DNA of 64,000 nucleotides, from positions 522 through 64,521 of the forward strand of contig JBJMVK010000132.1 in assembly GCA_045810725.1 (NCBI GenBank), in the 5' to 3' direction. How positions within the stretch are numbered: the first letter of the stretch is position 1; each line of letters begins with the position of its first letter. The position numbers and the translations under genes were made by a program. Positions 58,060-64,000 of the stretch are shown piece after piece. This stretch comes from Sphingomonas sp. (GTDB taxonomy: Bacteria; Pseudomonadota; Alphaproteobacteria; Sphingomonadales; Sphingomonadaceae). Under the pieces are notes generated by a model. The model was given only the letters and a program-made list of their open reading frames with translations, was not told where the DNA came from and did not search any database.

Positions 58060-59841
58060 ATGACGGATCGCAAACCAGCCCGGCCCTTCCGTTCGCGCGA
58101 ATGGTTCGATGCGCCGGGGCGGCCCGACATGACCGCGCTCTACCTCGAGCGTTACATGAACGATGCTTTCACGCGCGAGGAGCTTCGGTCGGGCAAGCCT
58201 ATCATCGGAATTTCGCAGTCGGGTTCGGACCTGGTCCCGTGCAACCGAGTCCATGTGAAGCTCGTCGAGCGCGTGAAGGCCGGGATCAGAGATGCCGGCG
58301 GAATTCCGATGGAATTCCCGATGCACCCCATCTTCGAGAATTGCCGCCGGCCAACGGCGGCCCTCGATCGTAATCTTGCCTATCTCGGCCTGGTAGAAAT
58401 CCTCAGCGGCTATCCGATCGACGCCGTAGTTCTGACGACCGGGTGCGACAAAACGACGCCGGCTTCGATCATGGCCGCGGCGAGCGTCGACATTCCCGCG
58501 ATCACGCTCAACGGCGGGCCGATGCTCGACGGCTGGCACGAGGGCGAACTGGTCGGGTCGGGAACGGTTGTCTGGCGCTCGCGGCGACTGCTCGGGGCCG
58601 GCAAGATCGACGAGGAGGAATTCATCCGGCGGGCGAGCGATTCCGCGCCCTCGCTCGGCCATTGCAATACGATGGGCACGGCCTCGACGATGAACTCCAT
58701 CAGCGAGGCCCTCGGCATGTCATTGCCGGGACAGGCCATGATCCCGGCGCCGTACCGTGAACGAGCGCACATGGCGTACGAGACGGGCAGGCGGATCGTC
58801 GACATGGCGTTCGAGGATTTGCGCCCTTCGAAGGTCCTGACGCGCGATGCCTTTGTGAACGCCATCGTGCTGAATGCCGCGATCGGGGGGTCGACCAATG
58901 CGCAGCCGCATATCGTCGCCATGGCTCGCCATGCGGGCATCGACATCGGGACCCACGACTGGATGGAGCACGGCTATGACGTGCCGCTCCTCGTCAACAT
59001 GCAGCCAGCCGGAAAGTATCTCAGCGAGCGGTTTCACCGCGCAGGCGGCGTGCCGGCGGTCATGTGGGAGCTCCAACAGGCAGGCAAGCTCGAGGGTTCG
59101 GCGCTCACCTGCACTGGCCGCACGCAGGCCCAAAACCTGGAGGGCCGCGAAGCGACCGACCGCGAGGTGATCTTCCCTTATTCGGCGCCGATCAGGGAGC
59201 GCGCCGGCTTCCTCGTGCTCAGTGGCAACCTGTTCGACTTTGCGATCATGAAGACGAGCGTGATCTCGGACGAGTTTCGATCGCGCTATCTGTCGCAAGC
59301 GGGGCACGAGGGCGCGTTCGAAGCGCGGGCGATCGTCTTCGATGGCTCTGACGATTACCATCAGCGGATCAATGACCCGTCGCTCGACATCGATGAAAAC
59401 TGCATCCTCGTGATCCGAGGATCGGGGCCTCTTGGCTGGCCGGGGTCCGCTGAAGTCGTCAACATGCAGCCACCCGATGCGCTGCTTCAGCGCGGCATCC
59501 AGAGCCTTCCGACGCTGGGCGATGGTCGCCAGTCCGGCACTTCGGACAGCCCTTCCATCCTCAACGCCTCGCCCGAAAGCGCCGCCGGCGGCGGGTTAGC
59601 CTGGCTTCGGACGGGAGACACGATCAGGATCGACCTCAACGCCGGGACCTGCGATGCGGTCGTCAGCGACGAGGAAATCGCTGAGCGAAAGGCGCAGGCG
59701 CCGCAGCCTGTTCCGGCGAGCAACACGCCGTGGGAAGAGCTCTACCGCGAAAAGACGGGACAACTCTCAAGCGGTGCCGTTCTCGAGTTTGCGGTGAAAT
59801 ATCGCGGCACGTCGAGGAAAGCGCCGCGGCACAATCACTGA
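58060..59841 (+). CDS. xylD: Xylonate dehydratase (IlvD/Edd family)
   Basis: PCNRVH, GCDKTTP, CNTMGTAS, DGRQSGTS, C-terminal HNH; pentose context. Confidence 0.88.
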   Translation: MTDRKPARPFRSREWFDAPGRPDMTALYLERYMNDAFTREELRSGKPIIGISQSGSDLVPCNRVHVKLVERVKAGIRDAGGIPMEFPMHPIFENCRRPTAALDRNLAYLGLVEILSGYPIDAVVLTTGCDKTTPASIMAAASVDIPAITLNGGPMLDGWHEGELVGSGTVVWRSRRLLGAGKIDEEEFIRRASDSAPSLGHCNTMGTASTMNSISEALGMSLPGQAMIPAPYRERAHMAYETGRRIVDMAFEDLRPSKVLTRDAFVNAIVLNAAIGGSTNAQPHIVAMARHAGIDIGTHDWMEHGYDVPLLVNMQPAGKYLSERFHRAGGVPAVMWELQQAGKLEGSALTCTGRTQAQNLEGREATDREVIFPYSAPIRERAGFLVLSGNLFDFAIMKTSVISDEFRSRYLSQAGHEGAFEARAIVFDGSDDYHQRINDPSLDIDENCILVIRGSGPLGWPGSAEVVNMQPPDALLQRGIQSLPTLGDGRQSGTSDSPSILNASPESAAGGGLAWLRTGDTIRIDLNAGTCDAVVSDEEIAERKAQAPQPVPASNTPWEELYREKTGQLSSGAVLEFAVKYRGTSRKAPRHNH

Positions 59842-61745
59842 ATCGGAATTTCGAAAACGGGCACGGGAAGCATGTCGAGATCGTAGAGGTTGACGATAGG
59901 ATAGTCCGCCCAGGCGTAGCGGACGCGCACAGCCTCTCCATCGGCCGCGATATGGACCGTGCTGCCATCCACGCGCGCATCGCAATAACGACAGCTTCCT
60001 TGCGATGGTCCGCACAGCTCAAATCCGTTGGCGCTCGAGCTGCTCAAGGCCTGCAGCGGCTTGGTGAAAGTGACGACGATATCCCTGCCTTGGCGAACCG
60101 CGCTCGAGGGCATTGGCCCCAAGGTGCCGCCGTCGTGGTAGACGAGTTCGTGCGCGGCAAGGGCGAGCCGGCGCCCGACCTCCTGCTTGTTCGCTGGGTG
60201 AATGTCGTCCGGTTCGCCAAGATCGATCGCGCTTGCAAGAGCAGCTCGGGAGTCGCGCTCGACGCCAAGCCTCTGCTCGTTGATCGTTGCCGCCCAGCCA
60301 CTCTCGGCCGGGTGCGAGACGGGCTTGCCCCAGCCAGCGAGCGCAACGATGAGGAAAGGCAATCGGGGGTCATGGAACAGGAGCCGCCAGTTCCGCATCC
60401 AGGCGGCGAGGCGCTTGTCGTAGCCGGCCTGTCCCACATCCGCTTCGCCCTGGTACCAGGCGACCCCCTTGATCCCGAGCGGTCCAAGAGGAGCAACCAT
60501 CGCGTTGTAGATCGTGGATACCCCCGACGATCCGTCCCACGGAGGAAACGGCGGGTCCGCGACAGCATCCGCGATCCTCGAATATTCCCACCCGCTGGCA
60601 AGCGGCTTCGAATGGCCGTCCGCAAACTTCAGCGCGAAATCCTCGGCCGGCCCGGCGAGCCCGCCACGGCCCCAGGCGTTTCGCGCGTAGACGAGGATCT
60701 CGTTCGAGCCAGGTTTGAGAGTGCCCCTTGGAAGGGGATAGCTCCGCGGGTTCAAAGGATCGTTCTTTCCCCCGACGGCGACGCCGTTCACGAAGGTCTG
60801 GTCCATGTCGTCGACCGCGCTCAGCGACAGCGCCGCTTCCTGAGCGGCCTCTGCGGGGGTGACGGCCACGCGTTTCAAAAGCCAGGCGGCGCCGATCCAC
60901 GCATTCCACTCCGGACCCCAGCTGTCCCAGTAAGCCAATGATGGAACGGGCTTCCATTTGACGCGGCGGCTCGAGTTCCAGGGTTCCGTCCCGGCCTTGT
61001 CGCCGCTCTTAGAACGCCACCATGCGCCCCATTCGTCTCCGAACTGGTGCACCGCTGCCGTCGGGTTCGAGCGGTAAAGGTCGACCATTTGCGCGGCCCT
61101 TTCACCGCCGCTCGCGCGAACGGCCGCTTCGTCCATCCAGGCGCGGATGGGAGTCCCGCCCCAGCTGTCGTCGATTGCGCCAACGGCCACTTTCTCGGTC
61201 GAACGCAAGTCTCGAGCGAGGAAATAGCACGCGGCGGAAAAGTCCTTTGCTGATTGCGGGTTCGCCGGCTGCCAAGACGGGATTTGATTAAACCGCTGCC
61301 TCTCGGATTGCGCGAGCTGGTGCGGCACCTTCATCAGGCGCAGGTCGGGATCTGCTGCGCTTTCGACTTCGCCGTCCCCGTTGAGCGAACGGCGGAGCGG
61401 ATATTCCATGTTGGACTGCCCTGAGCAGAGCCAGACATCACCGATGGCGACGTTCTCGGCCGTGGTTTCGCCGCTGGCCCCCTTGACGGTGATCATGAAC
61501 GGACCGCCGGCGTCACGCGGAGCGAAGCTCGCGTGCCAGCGGCCGTTGCCATCGGCTTTCGCGCTCTTCTCCTCTCCCGCGAAGCGAATTTCGAGTTGCT
61601 CGTTCGGCACTGCATCGCCGCTGAGCAGGATCGCTTTGCCACGCTGTATTACGGCATGACTGCCGAACTGGGGATCGATGGCCGGGGCTGCGCTCGCACT
61701 GGATGCGAGCAAGCCCGAGAGGATCAGTAGCGAACGAGCGGGCAT
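59835..61745 (-). CDS. SASA-domain O-acetylesterase (CE20 xyloglucan acetylesterase-like)
   Basis: GDVWLCSGQSNME, WGGT, WYQGE, DIHP; split SGNH with insert. Confidence 0.85.
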   Translation of the reverse strand: MPARSLLILSGLLASSASAAPAIDPQFGSHAVIQRGKAILLSGDAVPNEQLEIRFAGEEKSAKADGNGRWHASFAPRDAGGPFMITVKGASGETTAENVAIGDVWLCSGQSNMEYPLRRSLNGDGEVESAADPDLRLMKVPHQLAQSERQRFNQIPSWQPANPQSAKDFSAACYFLARDLRSTEKVAVGAIDDSWGGTPIRAWMDEAAVRASGGERAAQMVDLYRSNPTAAVHQFGDEWGAWWRSKSGDKAGTEPWNSSRRVKWKPVPSLAYWDSWGPEWNAWIGAAWLLKRVAVTPAEAAQEAALSLSAVDDMDQTFVNGVAVGGKNDPLNPRSYPLPRGTLKPGSNEILVYARNAWGRGGLAGPAEDFALKFADGHSKPLASGWEYSRIADAVADPPFPPWDGSSGVSTIYNAMVAPLGPLGIKGVAWYQGEADVGQAGYDKRLAAWMRNWRLLFHDPRLPFLIVALAGWGKPVSHPAESGWAATINEQRLGVERDSRAALASAIDLGEPDDIHPANKQEVGRRLALAAHELVYHDGGTLGPMPSSAVRQGRDIVVTFTKPLQALSSSSANGFELCGPSQGSCRYCDARVDGSTVHIAADGEAVRVRYAWADYPIVNLYDLDMLPVPVFEIPIQ

Positions 61746-62599
61746 GGCACTCCTGGAACGTCGACGCGGAACTCGAAGAGGTCACCGATCTGCGGCTGCT
61801 CGGAAATCTCCTCAGGCTTCAACAGCTGGCGCGCAGTGGTGGCGTAAGCCGTTCGTAGATCGTGACCGCCAAAGGCGATCTTGGTGATGTTCGCGACGGG
61901 AAAACGGATCCGCTCCACGAGATCTCCCGAAGGCGAATAGCGCAGCGCCTCCCATCCCGCATAAAGAGAGATCCAGACGTAACCGTTGCTATCGATCGTC
62001 GGCCCGTCGGGATGGCCATCCTTCGGGTCGATGCGCGCGAACGGGCGGCGCTCGCCAAGCGCCCCATCGTCGCGGATGTCGGCGGCCTCGAGCGTGCCCT
62101 TCAGAGTGTCCACGAAATAAAGGCATCGCCCGTCGGGCGAGACAGCCGGGCCATTGGTAATGGCGATGTTATCAATGCCTGTCGGCCTCAGACGTCCATC
62201 CGCGAAGCAATAAAAGGCGCCACTCTTCGCCGCCTCATTGTTGTCCATCGTTCCAAACCAGAGGCGGCCGGCGGGATCGACGACGCCGTCATTGAGGCGA
62301 TTGCCCGGCTTATCGGGTTCGACTTCGACGATGAGCTCGAAGGCGCCGCTTTGCTCATCGAAATGATAGAGGCCCGATTGCAGTCCCACGACGAAGCCGC
62401 CCCGTTCCGCGGGCAGGACAAAGCCGACCTGCTCTGGAGCCTCCCAGCTACTCTTGCCGCCGCTTGCGGGATGATAGCGGTGGATCTGTTTTTTCTTGAT
62501 ATCGACGAACCACAGGGCCTGGTCGCGTTGAACCCATACCGGTCCTTCACCGAGCTCGGCCGCGAGCTCCCAGACAACCTTGGGTTCATTTCCCATCAT
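61724..62599 (-). CDS. xylC: Xylonolactonase (SMP-30 family)
   Basis: LGEGPVW, RLNDG, NGPAVSPDG, PDGPTID. Confidence 0.88.
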   Translation of the reverse strand: MMGNEPKVVWELAAELGEGPVWVQRDQALWFVDIKKKQIHRYHPASGGKSSWEAPEQVGFVLPAERGGFVVGLQSGLYHFDEQSGAFELIVEVEPDKPGNRLNDGVVDPAGRLWFGTMDNNEAAKSGAFYCFADGRLRPTGIDNIAITNGPAVSPDGRCLYFVDTLKGTLEAADIRDDGALGERRPFARIDPKDGHPDGPTIDSNGYVWISLYAGWEALRYSPSGDLVERIRFPVANITKIAFGGHDLRTAYATTARQLLKPEEISEQPQIGDLFEFRVDVPGVPCPLVRY

Positions 62600-63354
62600 C
62601 GCCAGCCTGCATCGACGAAATGCTCATGGCCAGTCATTCCGCGCGCATCGTCCGACGCGAGAAAGGTGACGAGCGCAGCAACGTCCTTGGGTTCCAGCCG
62701 GCAGTTGATGCATTGCGCATCGACGATCGCGGCCTCGCCTTCAGGAGTGTACCACTGCATCTGGCGCGGCGTACGAATGTTTCCAGGGACAACGCAATTC
62801 ACCCGGATATTGTCCTCGCCGAGGTCGCGCGCGAGCGCCCGGGTGAGTCCTTCGATTGCCGCCTTGCAGGTCTGGTAAAGCACGAGGTCAGGCAAGGCGA
62901 GGTGCCAGCTGATCGATCCAAGGTTGACGATTGCGCCGCCCCCCGCCGAGCGCATCCCCGGCACCACCGCCTGAGCGCAGAAGAACTGGTGCTTGAGATT
63001 TACCGCCAGGCGATCGTCCCAATATTCCTCGGTGACGTCCGCGAACTTGTGGCGATCATCGTTCGCGGCATTGTTTATGAGGACAGTAAATGGTCCGTCG
63101 CGTTCGACGAGTTTCCTGATCCTCTCCGTCGCCGCCGGGATGTCCTTGAGGTCCACGCGCTCGAAACGCGCACCGGTGCTTTGCGCGAGCTCGTCGGATT
63201 GACCGTTCAGGATGTCCAAGAAGGTGACGTCCGACCCCTGGCGGACGAATGCCTCGACGATGCCAGCACCGATCCCCGATCCACCACCGGTGATGAGCAC
63301 GCGTTTGTCTCGCAGGCTCGGATAAACCGCCTGCAGATCGCCAGTGTCACCCAA
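62596..63354 (-). CDS. xylB: D-xylose dehydrogenase (SDR)
   Basis: YPSL, TGGGSGIG, NNAANDDRH, YQTCK; TTG start with GAGGA RBS. Confidence 0.88.
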   Translation of the reverse strand: MGDTGDLQAVYPSLRDKRVLITGGGSGIGAGIVEAFVRQGSDVTFLDILNGQSDELAQSTGARFERVDLKDIPAATERIRKLVERDGPFTVLINNAANDDRHKFADVTEEYWDDRLAVNLKHQFFCAQAVVPGMRSAGGGAIVNLGSISWHLALPDLVLYQTCKAAIEGLTRALARDLGEDNIRVNCVVPGNIRTPRQMQWYTPEGEAAIVDAQCINCRLEPKDVAALVTFLASDDARGMTGHEHFVDAGWR

Positions 63355-63359
63355 TATCC

Positions 63360-64000
63360 TCAACCCCCAACGTAGACCGTTTTCGTCTGTGTGTAGAATT
63401 CGACCGCCGCGAAACCTTGTTCGCGCGCGCCGTAGCTCGATTTGCGAGTCCCGCCGAACGGCACATGATAATCCACCCCGGCGGTTGGAAGATTGATCAT
63501 CACCATTCCTGCGCGGACCTGGCGGCGAAATGCCCGCGCGTGCTTGAGCGAATTGGTGACGATGCCGGCTGACAGGCCGAACTGGCCGCGGTTGGCGATC
63601 TCGAGTGCCTCCTCGAAATGCCGAACCTTGACGGTACTTGCGACTGGACCGAAGACTTCCTCGCAATTGATCCGCTGATCGGGTGCCGTGTCGGCGATCA
63701 CCGTCGGGGCCATATAATATCCGCGCTTCTCCAATTTGAGAGGTCCGCCGCCCGCAAGGAGCTTGCCGCCTTCGTCGCGCGCGATGGCGACATATCGAAG
63801 ATTTTGTTCGAGCTGCTCCTCGCTGACCGCTGGTCCGATCTGCGTTTGCGGGTCGAGCGCGTCGCCGACACGGAGCGAACGGGCACGTTCGGCGAGCGCC
63901 TCCACGAAGCGATCATGGATAGCTTCGGTGACGATGATCCGGGATGACGCCGTGCAGCGCTGGCCGGTCGCAAAGAAGGCGCCGTCGATAGCGCATGTCA
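63360..64000 (-). CDS. xylA: Aldehyde dehydrogenase, alpha-ketoglutaric semialdehyde dehydrogenase of Weimberg pathway (5' end outside window)
   Basis: TGQRCTASSR, EEVFGPV, VPFGG, YGAREQG; upstream of xylB and xylC. Confidence 0.82.
   Translation of the reverse strand, partial: TCAIDGAFFATGQRCTASSRIIVTEAIHDRFVEALAERARSLRVGDALDPQTQIGPAVSEEQLEQNLRYVAIARDEGGKLLAGGGPLKLEKRGYYMAPTVIADTAPDQRINCEEVFGPVASTVKVRHFEEALEIANRGQFGLSAGIVTNSLKHARAFRRQVRAGMVMINLPTAGVDYHVPFGGTRKSSYGAREQGFAAVEFYTQTKTVYVGG

Noticed and set aside
16767-60941. Many long alternative-frame ORFs (e.g. 16767-18011, 21768-23066, 32030-33241, 37077-38369, 53939-55426, 59730-60941)
   Set aside because: They lie antisense to well-supported genes and carry no motifs; expected shadow ORFs in high-GC DNA
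11615-63666. Long N-terminal extensions in the ORF track (GH29 from 11615, GH35 from 18650, SGNH from 32333, nagA from 43428, nagE from 46305, GH20 from 51373, xylB from 63666) suggesting fusions
   Set aside because: Extensions overlap neighbouring genes; downstream starts have an RBS, signal peptide or stop-start coupling
1-64000. CRISPR arrays, IS/integrase/prophage, rRNA, tRNA, defence systems
   Set aside because: No spaced direct repeats, transposase or integrase motifs, or recognisable structural RNA genes seen; psp genes are an envelope stress system, not phage

Overview
High-GC alphaproteobacterial chromosome, most likely a sphingomonad (inferred from gene content and promoter motifs). 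1-10.3 kb holds housekeeping and stress genes: branched-chain ketoacid dehydrogenase E1, a non-canonical sigma54 psp operon, a metal-handling pair behind a MerR-type promoter, thrC, xth and a candidate EcfG-dependent sRNA. 10.4-64 kb is one very large glycan-utilisation region. It covers xyloglucan, galactomannan and xylan (GH29, GH31, GH35, GH27, GH5, GH10, GH43, GH3, three esterases, a TonB-dependent receptor, two MFS permeases, Weimberg xylose pathway) and an embedded chitin/GlcNAc block (GH18, GH20, CE4, nagA, nagB-II, complete PTS, nagX). Eight copies of a LacI-type palindrome (core TAGCGCTA) mark its promoters. The least explained part is a set of four tryptophan-halogenase-family genes (one an intact pseudo-enzyme) and a JmjC-like dioxygenase inside this sugar regulon, with no flavin reductase or biosynthetic scaffold, next to a TonB receptor with an atypical Pro/Cys-rich C-terminal tail. 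A collapsed alpha-glucuronidase pseudogene is also present. I found no rRNA, tRNA, CRISPR or mobile element. All family calls are from motif recognition by eye, not database searches.
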